Assembly: GCA_963609745.1 (NCBI GenBank)
Contig: CAVDLK010000001.1
Span: 1-26,974 of the forward strand
DNA: 26,974 nt
Reading direction: 5' to 3'
From: Erysipelotrichaceae bacterium
GTDB lineage: Bacteria > Bacillota_I > Bacilli_A > Erysipelotrichales > Erysipelotrichaceae
The translations under genes and the position numbers were made by a program. Shown in pieces: positions 11,401 to 21,162 of this stretch. Position 1 is the first letter of the stretch. Every line of letters starts with the position of its first letter. Below the pieces are notes generated by a model, which did no database searches, had not been told where the DNA came from, and was given only the letters and a program-made list of their open reading frames with translations.

Positions 11401-12304
11401 TGCCAACGCTAGTGATGATATTACTCAAGGTTTACCACGTGTTGAAGAACTATTCGAAGCACGTTGTCCTAAGAAGCCTGCTGTTTTAGCTAAGATTAGT
11501 GGTGAAATCACTAAGATTGAAGAACAAGAAGATCACTCATATGTTGTAGAAGTTTCTAATGATAAGGAAACAATTGCTCATAGATGTGGTATTAACCAAA
11601 CTATTAGAGATTGGTTCAAAGTTGGTTCTAAAGTTAAGGCTGGTGAAAAGTTAACTGAAGGTAATGTTGATCCTAAGGAATTACTTTCTATTGCTGGTGT
11701 AAAGGCAGTTCAAGATTACATTTCTAAGGAAGTTAAGAAAGTTTATGCTGTAGCTGGTATTGATATTTCTGATAAGCACGTTGAAGTAATTATCAAACAA
11801 ATGCTTAAGAAGGTTATTGTCATTGAACCAGGTGATTCAGAATTATGTGCTGGTCAAACTATTTCTTTAAGAAAAGTTACTGCCTTAAATAATGATTTAT
11901 TAATTAATGGTCATACTCCAGCTAAATTCGGACCATTATTGCTTGGTATTTCAAAAGCTTCTGTTGAAACTGATTCATTCTTATCAGCTGCATCATTCCA
12001 AGAAACTACTAAGGTTCTAACTGATGCTGCTGTAAATGCTAAGGTTGATAACTTATTTGGTATCAAGGAAAATGTTATTATCGGTAAGCCAATCCCTGCT
12101 GGTAGTGGTTCTAAATTTGATAGAGAAACTACTAGATTAATCAAGGAAAGAGCTGCTGAACTTGATGCAATTAGAGAAGCTAAACTTGAAGCATCTATGG
12201 AAGAAACAAGACTTCCTGCTGAGGTAGTTGGTGATGAAGATGATGACCTTGATGATGTCAAGGCTAAGGATTCAGAAACAATTGCCATTGAAGAAGCTGA
12301 ATAA
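8471..12304 (+). CDS. rpoC: DNA-directed RNA polymerase subunit beta'
   Basis: Zn-finger CYCGKYK..CDRC, catalytic NADFDGDQM and [22 protein letters not shown] precedes ATG 8471, so the start is moved from 8450. Confidence 0.99.
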   Translation: MAKRFEAIKVGLASPERILEWSHGEVTKPETINYRSQKPERDGLFCERIFGPTKDWECYCGKYKKVRYKGVICDRCGVEITKSSVRRERMGHISLAAPVAHIWYLKGIPSRMSFVLNVPPKQLEEIVYFVSWIVTDPGNTPLEYKQVLTELQVRENEALYGKDAFKAQTGAEAVKTLLEQVDVVKEKKTLLKELEKAQGDKRKKLIKRLETINAFVESDNKPEWMILTELPVIPPDLRPMLQLDGGRFATSDLNDLYRRVITRNNRLKKLLEIGTPSIIVQNEKRMLQEAVDALIDNGRRGNPVKGSGNRPLKSLSHSLKGKQGRFRQNLLGKRVDFSGRSVIAVGPDLKMYQCGIPREMAIQLYKPFVINELVNQKIAQSPKYAEKMIDKLDPQIWDVLEEIMDNHPVFLNRAPTLHRLGIQAFKPKLVEGRAIRLHPLVCPAFNADFDGDQMAVHLPLTEEARAEAEILMMASNNILGPKDGKPIVTPSQDMVLGNFYLNMEETAEEFYEQADAIEALGDKQRAQVWRTYGDNEGHVYKDVNEALVAYNEKVVHLHTRIAVPAKSVGKTCFTSKQNGMYLVTTIGKLIFNSGFPADFPYVNYVDGNSLKKTADDCFVPIGTDIKAYFKQAPVHGELTKKALGKVIAEVFAKYKTEGSAPILDNIKDLGFKYSTVAGMTISLSDINVAPNKQKFVDEAKAKADVLHNLLERGQLTLPEWEKHFSKLWSDTTNAIGDDVMNNLSRKSPISMSFTSGARGNKSNFTQLAGMRGLMGRPTQSKSKKEYQPSIIEVPIYSSFREGLNMSEFFISTHGVRKGLTDTALKTAESGYLTRRLVDVAQDVMIMEEDCHTDQGYYVEDVIDQKNNTVIEKFYDRIVGRFAKEQIVDKKGEVIVDEDEFIDEDIADKIIAAGYKKMYIRNAFVCKCKDGICRKCYGRNMATGKLVENGEAVGIMAAQSIGEPGTQLTMRTFHSGGVANASDDITQGLPRVEELFEARCPKKPAVLAKISGEITKIEEQEDHSYVVEVSNDKETIAHRCGINQTIRDWFKVGSKVKAGEKLTEGNVDPKELLSIAGVKAVQDYISKEVKKVYAVAGIDISDKHVEVIIKQMLKKVIVIEPGDSELCAGQTISLRKVTALNNDLLINGHTPAKFGPLLLGISKASVETDSFLSAASFQETTKVLTDAAVNAKVDNLFGIKENVIIGKPIPAGSGSKFDRETTRLIKERAAELDAIREAKLEASMEETRLPAEVVGDEDDDLDDVKAKDSETIAIEEAE

Positions 12305-12310
12305 GCAATC

Positions 12311-12339
12311 AAGGTGTCTACAAAATAGGCACCTTTTTT
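12311..12339 (+). terminator. Intrinsic terminator after rpoC
   Basis: AAGGTGTCTA-CAAAA-TAGGCACCTT followed by a T tract. Confidence 0.85.
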
Positions 12340-12368
12340 ATTTTGTCTAAATCAATTAAAATAGTCTT

Positions 12369-12887
12369 ATGACATATATATTGATACTTATTAATGTAGT
12401 TATTTTTATCTTAATAAATAAGAATAAACTATATGTTGATGATTTAGATTCATCTTATTTGTGTGTATTTGTTAGAAAACAATATTATCGTTTGATAAGT
12501 AGTGGCTTTGTTCATGAACAGCCAATGCATCTATTATGTAATATGTATTCTTTACTTAATATTGGTAGAGTAATGGAATCTTATTATGGGCCTATTAGGT
12601 TTGTGGTTATATATCTATTATTACTAATACTTGGTGATGCATTATCATTATTATCAAGACATAATGCTAGTGATGATTATACTTGTTCAATTGGAGCATC
12701 AGGGGCAATATGTGGATTAATTGGTATTTATTTCATCAAATTATTCCTTGCCTTTGGAATGGGTTCTCTATATGATATCGCAAGTTCTCTAATTCCAATG
12801 ATAATCATGTCCTTTATGCCAGGAGTTGATTATAAGTCCCATTTCTATGGTTTAATAGTAGGCGGAATTATTGGTTTTATATTTTAA
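12369..12887 (+). CDS. Rhomboid family intramembrane serine protease
   Basis: H...HLLCNM, catalytic GASGA and SHFYGLIVGG (His); several hydrophobic helices. Confidence 0.92.
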   Translation: MTYILILINVVIFILINKNKLYVDDLDSSYLCVFVRKQYYRLISSGFVHEQPMHLLCNMYSLLNIGRVMESYYGPIRFVVIYLLLLILGDALSLLSRHNASDDYTCSIGASGAICGLIGIYFIKLFLAFGMGSLYDIASSLIPMIIMSFMPGVDYKSHFYGLIVGGIIGFIF

Positions 12888-12914
12888 AAAATCCTTATTA
12901 ACTTAAGGATTTTT
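12887..12914. terminator. Bidirectional terminator between convergent genes
   Basis: AAAAATCCTTA-TTAACT-TAAGGATTTTT, with A and T tracts on either side. Confidence 0.7.
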
Positions 12915-13457
12915 CTTTGGATTTTTAATTATTTTATATAGAAGCGTAACAATATTTAATATTGTAAAGGCAATTACTAATGCGGTTAAGATAATTATTA
13001 TGTATCTTAATAGACCTGTTTCATACTTACCAATCCAGGTATATAAGATTAATGAAATGATAGTTAGAATAATAATTATCATTATTAATCTTCCAAAACT
13101 ATAGTCTTTAGCATTATATACGATGTAGTTGTCTTTGTTTTGCTTGTTGAAATCACTAGTTTCAGGAAGTTTCTTGAGAAACTTAAAGTAGAAGAGAAGG
13201 CTTGTTACAAGATAAAAGCCAACACCAACTATAGAAGCAATTAGATAACTATCTTTAGCTACTATTATGATTAGAGTAGCTAATAAGAGAGCACCATACA
13301 TTCTTAAAGAATAGTTGTAATATTCATTGGCATATGAGTTTGTGATAACACGTCCCTTTTTTAAGAAGTGATCATAGTAGACAGTTCTTCCTTTGCTGTC
13401 TTTATATAGATTTGCACCTTGAAGTTCATCTGCAGTATAAGAATTTTTTATTTTCAT
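12903..13457 (-). CDS. Hypothetical membrane protein (about 4 TM helices)
   Basis: 184-aa ORF with four hydrophobic stretches; TATAAT lies 6 nt upstream of the ATG on the minus strand. Confidence 0.8.
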   Translation of the reverse strand: MKIKNSYTADELQGANLYKDSKGRTVYYDHFLKKGRVITNSYANEYYNYSLRMYGALLLATLIIIVAKDSYLIASIVGVGFYLVTSLLFYFKFLKKLPETSDFNKQNKDNYIVYNAKDYSFGRLIMIIIILTIISLILYTWIGKYETGLLRYIIIILTALVIAFTILNIVTLLYKIIKNPKKNP

Positions 13458-13520
13458 GGTTTTATTATATAACTTGCATATATTAAAAAATATTAGAAAA
13501 CAGATGTATAATTAAGTGCG

Positions 13521-13952
13521 ATGGAAAATATTATTGAACTTAGAAACATTAAATGTAATGTTGAAGCAAGTGATTGGGAAGATGCTATTAGAAAAGCAGG
13601 TGAATTATTAGTAAAAGATGGTAAGATATCTTCTCAATATATTGAAAATATGATTGAATCAGTTAAGACTTTGGGACCATATATTGTATTAATGCCAGGT
13701 TTTGCTTTAGGTCATTCTGAACCATGTCCTGAGGTATATGAATCTTCATTATCATTAATTACTTTAAAAAATGAAGTATCTTTTGGTAGTCCTAATGATC
13801 CTGTTAAGGTAGTAATGTGTTTAGCTTGTAAGGATAAGGAGTCTCATATCTCAAAGATTCAAGCAATTGCGACAAAATTAATGGAAGACAATGCTATTGA
13901 AAAGATTTTAGCTTGTCAAAATGAAGAAGAATTATTTAAATTTTTTAATTAA
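13521..13952 (+). CDS. PTS EIIA component (fructose/mannitol/ascorbate type, UlaC-like)
   Basis: DWEDAIRKAG, GPYIVLMPGFALGH (phospho-His) and FGSPNDPV. Confidence 0.92.
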   Translation: MENIIELRNIKCNVEASDWEDAIRKAGELLVKDGKISSQYIENMIESVKTLGPYIVLMPGFALGHSEPCPEVYESSLSLITLKNEVSFGSPNDPVKVVMCLACKDKESHISKIQAIATKLMEDNAIEKILACQNEEELFKFFN

Positions 13953-14016
13953 ATTGGTTAATACACCTAAGGTGTTTAACAGGCTTTGCCTAATATAAAG
14001 AAATGAGGGACAAATT

Positions 14017-14301
14017 ATGAAACCAAAAATTCAAGCTGTGTGTGGATATGGTTGTGGCTCTTCTTTGATGCTAAGAATGGCTATTGATGATGTCTGTAAG
14101 AAACATGGCTTAGAGGCAGAAACCTTCTGCGGGGACGTTGGTACATGCCTATCAAATCCATGCGATGCTATCTTTATCTCTAGAGATTTAGGTGATCGTA
14201 TCATTGACAGAGCAAAAATGCCTGTCATTATCGTTGACAACTTTATGTCAAAAAAAGAAGTCGAAGAAAAAGTATTGGCTTACTTTGAAACTTTGAAATA
14301 G
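14017..14301 (+). CDS. PTS EIIB component (UlaB-like)
   Basis: P-loop VCGYGCGSSLM with the phospho-Cys. Confidence 0.92.
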   Translation: MKPKIQAVCGYGCGSSLMLRMAIDDVCKKHGLEAETFCGDVGTCLSNPCDAIFISRDLGDRIIDRAKMPVIIVDNFMSKKEVEEKVLAYFETLK

Positions 14302-14313
14302 TCGGAGGAAAAT

Positions 14314-15585
14314 ATGAACGCTATTCTTGATTTTATTATTAATCAAATATTCGGCCAAGGTGCAATTTTCCTAGCTTTAATTGCTTGCGTTGGTCTATTA
14401 TTACAAAAGAAACCTGCATCTGATGTAATCCGTGGTACTGCTATGACAGCTATCGGTTACTTCGTATTAAATACAGGTACTGGTTTAATTACTGGTTCTT
14501 CAGTTGATGGTATTATTGGAGCTTTCTCAACAATGATGGGCTCTGCATCATCAAGTGATGTAACATTTGATGCAACTCAATATGGTACTCAAATTGGTAT
14601 CGTTATGATTCTTGCATTCGCTATTAATATTCTAGTTGCTAGATTTACTAAGTGGAAATCAATTTTCTTAACAGGACATATGTTATATTGGTTCCCATAT
14701 GTATTCGTTGCAGCTGGTGTTGATGCTGGATTAACTGGCGGCAAACTTATCGTTGTTGCTGCTATATTCACAGCTCTTTATATGATTATTTCCCCTAACC
14801 TAATGGCACCACTAGTAAAAGAAGCTACTGGTGATGATTCATTCACAATTGGTCACCCTACAACAATCCTTTCATTAATCGCTGGTTTCTTAGGCAAAGT
14901 ATTTGGCGATAAGTCTAAATCTACAGAAGATTTGAATTTCCCTAAGAGTTTAGGTTTCTTAAGAGAAGTTCCTATCACTGGTTCTATCGTTATCGCTATT
15001 ACATATATTGTTATGTACTTTGTATTAAAAGCAAATGGTTTAGATCCTGCAGCTGTTTGGGGTTCAAATCAAATGTTTACTTATATCTTCACACATTCAA
15101 TTTACTTTGGTGTTGGTATGACTATCATGCTTCAAGGTGTACGTATGGTTATCGCTGAAATCGTTCCTGCATTCAAGGGTATTGCTGAAAAGGTTGTTCC
15201 AGGTGCTATTCCTGCACTTGACTGTCCAGTTATCTTCGGTACAGCTCCTAATGCATTAATTTTAGGTTTCATCGTTGCTATGATAACTTCAACTATCACT
15301 ATCATCATCGTTGATGGTGCTGCTATGTTCACTCCTGCAATCGTTCCACTTGTATCAACTTGTTTCTTTGAAATCGGTTGTGCTTCTATCATCGGTAATG
15401 CTACTGGTGGTATCAGAGGTTGTGTTATCGGTTCAGCAGTATGTGGTATTATCATGGTATTCTTAGTTGGATGGGGCAACCTATTCTTCCAAAACACTAT
15501 CGCTAACTGGCTATTAGTATTCGGTGGCCAAGACTTCTCTCTATGGGGAATCATCGTTGGTCTAGTTTCTAGATTATTAGCTTAA
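14314..15585 (+). CDS. PTS ascorbate-family EIIC permease (UlaA/SgaT-like)
   Basis: IFLTGH, FTIGHP, GVRMVIAEIVPAFKGIAEKVVPGAIPALDCPV; multiple TM helices. Confidence 0.92.
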   Translation: MNAILDFIINQIFGQGAIFLALIACVGLLLQKKPASDVIRGTAMTAIGYFVLNTGTGLITGSSVDGIIGAFSTMMGSASSSDVTFDATQYGTQIGIVMILAFAINILVARFTKWKSIFLTGHMLYWFPYVFVAAGVDAGLTGGKLIVVAAIFTALYMIISPNLMAPLVKEATGDDSFTIGHPTTILSLIAGFLGKVFGDKSKSTEDLNFPKSLGFLREVPITGSIVIAITYIVMYFVLKANGLDPAAVWGSNQMFTYIFTHSIYFGVGMTIMLQGVRMVIAEIVPAFKGIAEKVVPGAIPALDCPVIFGTAPNALILGFIVAMITSTITIIIVDGAAMFTPAIVPLVSTCFFEIGCASIIGNATGGIRGCVIGSAVCGIIMVFLVGWGNLFFQNTIANWLLVFGGQDFSLWGIIVGLVSRLLA

Positions 15586-15609
15586 TTGATAGTAAATTAA
15601 GAAAACTTG

Positions 15610-15637
15610 AAAAGGTGGATTATTTCCACCTTTTTTA
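15610..15637 (+). terminator. Intrinsic terminator after the PTS operon
   Basis: AAAAGGTGGA-TTATT-TCCACCTTTT followed by further T residues. Confidence 0.85.
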
Positions 15638-15690
15638 ATTGTTAAATGTAAAATGATATAATCTAACTTGCTATAAATATAAGGTTAAAG

Positions 15691-16362
15691 ATGAACGATA
15701 GAGTTATTGAAATTATTACAAATTCATTTCCTAAAATATTAGAACTTGGTATAAAGGTATCAATACCTTTAGCCATTGCTTCTTTCTTATTAGCATTTTT
15801 AATATCAGTTGTAGTTGCCTTTATACAATATGCTCATATTAAGGTTTTAACACCTTTAACAAGATTCTATATTTGGATAACTAGAGGAACACCACTACTT
15901 GTACAGCTATATATATTCTTTTATGGTTTACCTAATTTTGGTATAACCTTAAATCCAATATTTTGTGCTATTTTAGTTTTGGGATTAAATGAGGGTGCAT
16001 ATATGGCAGAAACAATGCGTGCAGCACTTGAAGCGGTACCAAGTGGTCAAATGGAAGCTGGATATTGCGTAGGCATGAAGTATTTACAAATAATGAATAG
16101 AATTATTTTACCTCAAGCTTTAAGAACTGCTTTTCCTTCTCTTATGAATTCTTTTATTGCTTTAATTAAAGATTCTTCAATGGCTTCCACAATTACAGTT
16201 GTTGAAATGTTTAGACAAGCACAAATTGTTAATGGTAGAGTATTTGAACCATTTATTCTATATTTAGAAGCAGCCTTTATTTATTTGCTTTTCTGTTCAA
16301 TTGCTTCATATCTACAAAAACAAGTTGAGAAAAAGCTTAATTTTTATGGAGGTGTCAAATGA
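15691..16362 (+). CDS. Polar amino acid ABC transporter permease (cystine TcyB-like)
   Basis: RGTPLLVQL, EAA-like motif GQMEAG...GM and IILPQALR. Confidence 0.92.
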   Translation: MNDRVIEIITNSFPKILELGIKVSIPLAIASFLLAFLISVVVAFIQYAHIKVLTPLTRFYIWITRGTPLLVQLYIFFYGLPNFGITLNPIFCAILVLGLNEGAYMAETMRAALEAVPSGQMEAGYCVGMKYLQIMNRIILPQALRTAFPSLMNSFIALIKDSSMASTITVVEMFRQAQIVNGRVFEPFILYLEAAFIYLLFCSIASYLQKQVEKKLNFYGGVK

Positions 16363-17099
16363 TTGAAGTAAAAAATCTACATAAAAGTTTTGAAGGTAAT
16401 GAAGTTTTAAAAGGTATTGATTTTAAAATAAATGAAGGTGATGTTATTGCAATTTTAGGTCCTTCGGGTAGTGGTAAAACTACTATATTAAGGTGTATTA
16501 ATTTTTTAACTAGGGCTGATAAGGGTAGTCTAATATTTGATGATAAGGAATATGATTTAACTACTATTTCAAATAAAGATATTTTAAATATTCGTAAAAA
16601 GACAGGCTTTGTTTTTCAAAACTATAATTTATTTCTAAACAAAACAGCTTTAGAAAATGTTACTGAGGGTTTACTTGTTGCCCGTAAGATGAATAAGGAA
16701 GAAGCTAAGAAAAAGGCTATAGCAGCTTTAGAAAAGGTTGGTATGGGCCAAAAATTAGACTATTATCCATCTAAATTATCTGGTGGTCAACAACAGCGTG
16801 TGGCTATCGCTAGAGCCTTAGCATATGAACCAGAAGTAATTTATTTTGATGAACCAACAAGTGCTTTAGACCCTGAGTTAATAAATGAAGTACTAAATGT
16901 TATGAAGAATTTAGCACAAAGTGGCATCACGATGGTTGTTGTTACTCATGAAATGTCTTTTGCGAAAAATGTTGCTGATAGGATATTATTTGTGGAAGAT
17001 GGAAAAATTATCGAAAATAAGGATTCAAAATCTTTCTTTGAATCTTCAGATAATGAAAGAATTAATCGTTTTATAAAAAATGTAAGTGAAAGGATATAA
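16359..17099 (+). CDS. Polar amino acid ABC transporter ATP-binding protein (TcyC/GlnQ-like)
   Basis: GPSGSGKT, LSGGQQQR, FDEPTSALDPEL and VTHEM. Confidence 0.95.
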   Translation: MIEVKNLHKSFEGNEVLKGIDFKINEGDVIAILGPSGSGKTTILRCINFLTRADKGSLIFDDKEYDLTTISNKDILNIRKKTGFVFQNYNLFLNKTALENVTEGLLVARKMNKEEAKKKAIAALEKVGMGQKLDYYPSKLSGGQQQRVAIARALAYEPEVIYFDEPTSALDPELINEVLNVMKNLAQSGITMVVVTHEMSFAKNVADRILFVEDGKIIENKDSKSFFESSDNERINRFIKNVSERI

Positions 17100-17101
17100 A
17101 A

Positions 17102-17914
17102 ATGAAAAAATTATTTACTTTATTATTCAGTTTATTAATTATTTTTTCTTTAAGTGCTTGTGCATCTAAAGAAGAAAATAAGGACCAGGATTTATTAAGT
17201 GAGATTAAAGAAAAGGGTGTTATTACAATTGCAACAGAGGGTGATTGGTCTCCTTATACATATCATGATGAAGAAACTGATGAACTTGTTGGTTTTGATG
17301 TAGAACTTGGTAAATTAATTGCTGAAAAGTTAGGTGTCAGTGCAGAATTTAAAGAAACTGATTGGGATTCTATTTTAGCGGGAGTAGAATCTGGTATCTT
17401 TGATTTAGGTATTAATGGTATTACTTATACTGAAGAAAGAGCTAAATCTTTTAACTTTAGTGATCCTTATCTTTATGATCAAACTGTTTTAATTGTTCTT
17501 GAAGATAATGATGATATTAAATCTTTTGAAGATTTAAAGGGTAAGGTATCAACTAATTCACCTGGTTCAAGTTATGCGCAAATGGGTGAAGAATATGGTG
17601 CAACTGTAAAATATATCACTACTTTTGCTGATACAATTCAACTTTTACAAAGAGGTGATGCAGATGCTACAATCAATGCTCTTGCTGTATATAATGATTA
17701 CATAAGAGAAAAAGGTGAAGATGCTGGTATTAAGGTTGTTGATCGTACTGATCCTGAAAAAACAGTAGTAGCAACACAAAAGTCTGATAGCACAAATACT
17801 TTGATTGCTGAAATAAATAATATATTACAAGAATTTAGAGATGATGGCACATTAACAAATCTATCAAATAAGTATTTTGCTTATGATGCTACCGTAGAAC
17901 CAGTAAGTGAATAA
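17102..17914 (+). CDS. Amino acid ABC substrate-binding lipoprotein (SBP family 3, TcyA/FliY-like)
   Basis: Lipobox LSAC, ATEGDWSPYTY, GFDVEL and FNFSDPY. Confidence 0.92.
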   Translation: MKKLFTLLFSLLIIFSLSACASKEENKDQDLLSEIKEKGVITIATEGDWSPYTYHDEETDELVGFDVELGKLIAEKLGVSAEFKETDWDSILAGVESGIFDLGINGITYTEERAKSFNFSDPYLYDQTVLIVLEDNDDIKSFEDLKGKVSTNSPGSSYAQMGEEYGATVKYITTFADTIQLLQRGDADATINALAVYNDYIREKGEDAGIKVVDRTDPEKTVVATQKSDSTNTLIAEINNILQEFRDDGTLTNLSNKYFAYDATVEPVSE

Positions 17915-17922
17915 AATATCAA

Positions 17923-17946
17923 GAGGCAACAATTGTTGCCTTTTTT
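17923..17946 (+). terminator. Intrinsic terminator
   Basis: GGCAAC-AATT-GTTGCC followed by TTTTTT. Confidence 0.8.
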
Positions 17947-17999
17947 AATATTTATTTTTTATATATAATCAAAATAAGAAAAAAAGTACTAGAGCATTA

Positions 18000-19010
18000 T
18001 TGGTAGTAACGACTATTTTAAGTTTCATGTTACTTATTACCAGCATATTGGCAATTCGTTATTATAAAGAAAGTAAAGAAGTTGCAGCGTGTGAATTAAT
18101 AAATACTAAAACAATTTATTTAGCGATTAATGAATCAATTACTATTGATATAGATAAAGATATTGATTCAGAATATATTACATATGAGAATGGTATATTA
18201 ACAGGTATAAATGTTGGAGATACAATTGTTGATTTAGGTGATTGTAATAATCTTAAAATTGTTGTTACAAATTTATATACAAGAGAAACTTTAAATAATA
18301 ATAAACAATACTTACCAGATAATAGATATACATATGAAGAAAATATCTTACTAGATGATGCATTAGAATACTATATAAATAATGCTGGTTATAAAACGCG
18401 TGCTGGTGTAGTAGAGGCTGCTAGATTTTTATTACTTAGATTTGAATATAAACTAAATTATTTCTATGAAAATGGAAGATTAGGAAAAACAGAAATTGAA
18501 GATATTTGTGATGGCGAAGGAAGATATTACCATTATGGTTTATATTTAAGTGAAGAAAAGTATTCAGAAATATCTGTTAGTTTTGAAGGTCCAGCATATT
18601 GGGGAAAACAACTATATTCATCAATAGTTGATGAAATGGAAGTTAATGGCTTAGATTGTAGTGGTTTTATATCTTGGGCTTTATATAATGCTGGATATGA
18701 TTGTGGTGATATTGGTGCTGGGCCAAGTGATGATTGCTTAGATTTTAGTGATTTTGGAGAATCTACTTGTATTTATGATGTCGATTTCAACAAACTTAAG
18801 GTTGGTGACTTAGTAGGTTTTGATGGCCATGTTGCTATTATTATTGGTATGGATGAAGATAATATCTATATAGGTGAAGCTTATTGGGAAGGTGATTTAC
18901 ATGTATTAACACAAACTTATCGTGAATTTATTGAAGATTCTGATTGGGAATATGTTATGTATATGGATTCTTATTACCAAGGTGATGGCCAATTAAGTGA
19001 TATGTGGTAA
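18000..19010 (+). CDS. Membrane-anchored NlpC/P60-superfamily cysteine peptidase (putative cell wall hydrolase)
   Basis: N-terminal TM helix, GLDCSGFISWALYNAG (catalytic Cys) and KVGDLV...GHVAI (His). Start uncertain; the frame is open upstream of TTG 18000. Confidence 0.8.
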   Translation: MVVTTILSFMLLITSILAIRYYKESKEVAACELINTKTIYLAINESITIDIDKDIDSEYITYENGILTGINVGDTIVDLGDCNNLKIVVTNLYTRETLNNNKQYLPDNRYTYEENILLDDALEYYINNAGYKTRAGVVEAARFLLLRFEYKLNYFYENGRLGKTEIEDICDGEGRYYHYGLYLSEEKYSEISVSFEGPAYWGKQLYSSIVDEMEVNGLDCSGFISWALYNAGYDCGDIGAGPSDDCLDFSDFGESTCIYDVDFNKLKVGDLVGFDGHVAIIIGMDEDNIYIGEAYWEGDLHVLTQTYREFIEDSDWEYVMYMDSYYQGDGQLSDMW

Positions 19011-19024
19011 ATAAGTGATCAAAT

Positions 19025-19053
19025 TTGACATTCTAATTATTTTGATTTAGTAT
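19025..19053 (+). promoter_or_regulatory. Sigma-A promoter of the T-box/metQNI operon
   Basis: TTGACA-17 bp-TAGTAT. Confidence 0.75.
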
Positions 19054-19059
19054 AAGTGA

Positions 19060-19289
19060 AAAGCATAGAAAAGAAGAGTACTTTGGATTTAGGTTGTAGA
19101 GAGTTCCTGCTTGGTGAAAAGGAATACTGATGTTTAAAGGAATATGGTCTTGGAGCTGCTGTCTCGATATTAGAGATAGACGTATGCACCCGTTATAGTG
19201 CTAAGATATGATTGTATCTGATGAGGCATAGCGATATGCGAATTAAGGTGGTAACACGTTCAAAGACGTCCTTAGGGATGTCTTTTTTG
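19060..19289 (+). promoter_or_regulatory. T-box riboswitch, Met-specific
   Basis: Stem I AGTA, AGAGAG and GGTGAAA motifs; specifier ATG at 19144-19146; CCGTTA element; T-box AAGGTGGTAACACG at 19245-19258; terminator AAAGACGTCC-TTAG-GGATGTCTTT plus T tract. Confidence 0.93.
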
Positions 19290-19346
19290 TTTAAAAAACG
19301 TTTCCTTTCCTTAAGTCTAGGATACAAGAAAAGGGAGGAAAGAAAG

Positions 19347-20165
19347 ATGAAGAAGTTGTTATTAGCAGTATTAGTATTATTAGTTTTAGTAGGTTGTTCA
19401 TCAAAACAAGAAGATGACAAGACAATCAGTGTTGCTTGTTCGCCTACACCTCATGCTGAAATATTAGAAAAGGCAGCTGAGATTTTAAAGGAACAAGGTT
19501 GGACTTTAGAAATTGAAGAGTTTGAAGATTATGTTCAACCAATTGAAGTTGTTGAATCTGGTGATGTTGATGCAAACTATTTTGCGCATGTTCCTTATTT
19601 AAATAATTACAATGAAAAAAAGGGAACTCATCAAGTAGTAGTTGCTAAGGTACATTATGAACCATTTGGTATTTATCCAGGTACTTCTAATACTTTAGAT
19701 TTAAGTGATGATGTTACTAATGAAATAATTGTTCCAAATGATGGTACAAATGAAACAAGAGCATTATTATTACTTCAAGATATTGGTTTTATAACTTTAC
19801 CAAGTGATACTTCAGCAGAGAGTATTGTTACAGTTAATGATGTAGTATCTTATGAAAAGAATATTAAGATTATTGAAATGGAAGCAGCTCAAATTGCTAG
19901 AGTTAGAGATTCTGCAGCTCTAGTAGTATTAAATGGTAACTATGCATTAGCAGCTGATTTAAATGTTTCAAAAGATGCTCTAGCTTATGAAAAGGCTGAT
20001 TCTTCTGCAGCTCAAACATATGTAAATGTATTAGCTACTAAAGCTGATAATGCTGAAAATGAAGGTTTATTGGTTTTAAAGGAAGTATTAGAGTCTAAGG
20101 AAATTGCTGATTTCATTAATTCAAAATATGAGGGAGCTGTAGTGCCTTTTAACAATTATGATTAA
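19347..20165 (+). CDS. metQ: Methionine ABC transporter substrate-binding lipoprotein (MetQ/NlpA)
   Basis: SD GGGAGG precedes ATG 19347 (start moved from 19212). Lipobox LVGC, PTPHAEIL, DANYFAH.PYL and VPNDGTNETRAL. Confidence 0.93.
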   Translation: MKKLLLAVLVLLVLVGCSSKQEDDKTISVACSPTPHAEILEKAAEILKEQGWTLEIEEFEDYVQPIEVVESGDVDANYFAHVPYLNNYNEKKGTHQVVVAKVHYEPFGIYPGTSNTLDLSDDVTNEIIVPNDGTNETRALLLLQDIGFITLPSDTSAESIVTVNDVVSYEKNIKIIEMEAAQIARVRDSAALVVLNGNYALAADLNVSKDALAYEKADSSAAQTYVNVLATKADNAENEGLLVLKEVLESKEIADFINSKYEGAVVPFNNYD

Positions 20166-21162
20166 GGTTAGTAACTTATATAAAACTTACGAAACAAAGG
20201 ACAACATCGTTGAAGCATTAAACGATGTGTCTTTTGAAGTAGAAAAGGGAGAGATATTTGGCATTATCGGTTTATCAGGTGCGGGTAAATCAACATTAAT
20301 TCGTTGTTTAAATTTCTTAGAAAGACCAAATAAGGGTACTGTTGAAATTGATGGTGAGGATTTAGCTAAATTATCTAATAAGCAACTTGCTTTAAAAAGA
20401 AGAAAGATTGGTATGATATTTCAATCATTCAACTTATTAATGCAAGAAAATGTTTTAGATAATGTTTGTTTTCCAATGACAATTGCTGGAGTTAATAAAA
20501 ATGAGGCAAAAGAAAAAGCTTTGCATTATTTAGAGATAGTAGGTTTAAAAGATAAGGCTAAGGCATATCCATCGCAATTATCTGGTGGTCAAAAACAAAG
20601 AGTGGCAATTGCTAGAGTATTGGCAAGCAATCCTGAGATATTACTTTGTGATGAAGCTACAAGTGCATTAGATCCACAAACTACTAAATCCATATTGGAT
20701 TTAATAAAAGATATAAATGAAAAATATGGTATTACTGTTGTATTAATTACCCATGAAATGAGTGTTATTCAAGAAACTTGTTCACGTTGTGTAGTGTTGG
20801 AAAATGGTCGTTTGATGGAAGAAAATACCGTAGAAGAGTTATTTAGACATCCTAAGACTAATGCTGCTAGAAAATTGATTTTTAATTCTAATAAACAGAT
20901 TAAAAATATGGAAGGTGGCAGAATTATAAGAATTGCTTTTGAAGAATCTAATACATCTGAACCTGTTATTGCCAATTTAATATTAGAATTTAAGACTGCT
21001 GTTAATATTTTGGAATCTAATATTAATGATATTAATGGTAAGGCTAAGGGACAGATAATGATTCAACTTCCAAATGATGATGTTCTAGCAAATAAGATGA
21101 TTGATTATTTGCATGCAAATGAATCAATTGTAGTAGATGAGGTTAAAGATTATGGGCAATAG
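20158..21162 (+). CDS. metN: Methionine ABC transporter ATP-binding protein with C-terminal NIL domain
   Basis: GLSGAGKST, LSGGQKQR and LCDEATSALDPQTT. Confidence 0.95.
   Translation: MIKVSNLYKTYETKDNIVEALNDVSFEVEKGEIFGIIGLSGAGKSTLIRCLNFLERPNKGTVEIDGEDLAKLSNKQLALKRRKIGMIFQSFNLLMQENVLDNVCFPMTIAGVNKNEAKEKALHYLEIVGLKDKAKAYPSQLSGGQKQRVAIARVLASNPEILLCDEATSALDPQTTKSILDLIKDINEKYGITVVLITHEMSVIQETCSRCVVLENGRLMEENTVEELFRHPKTNAARKLIFNSNKQIKNMEGGRIIRIAFEESNTSEPVIANLILEFKTAVNILESNINDINGKAKGQIMIQLPNDDVLANKMIDYLHANESIVVDEVKDYGQ

Noticed and set aside
3499..12312. Short alternative ORFs overlapping rplL, rpoB and rpoC (3499-3693, 4764-5015, 6579-6788, 7547-7735, 8937-9146, 9310-9582, 11911-12312)
   Set aside because: Antisense or off-frame shadows of highly codon-biased genes, with no recognisable motifs.
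14031..15554. Antisense ORFs within the PTS genes
   Set aside because: They mirror the sense codon pattern; no independent evidence of expression.
19193..19420. Minus-strand 75-aa ORF and the 19212 N-terminal extension of MetQ
   Set aside because: Both run through the T-box RNA. The lipoprotein signal and SD place the MetQ start at 19347.
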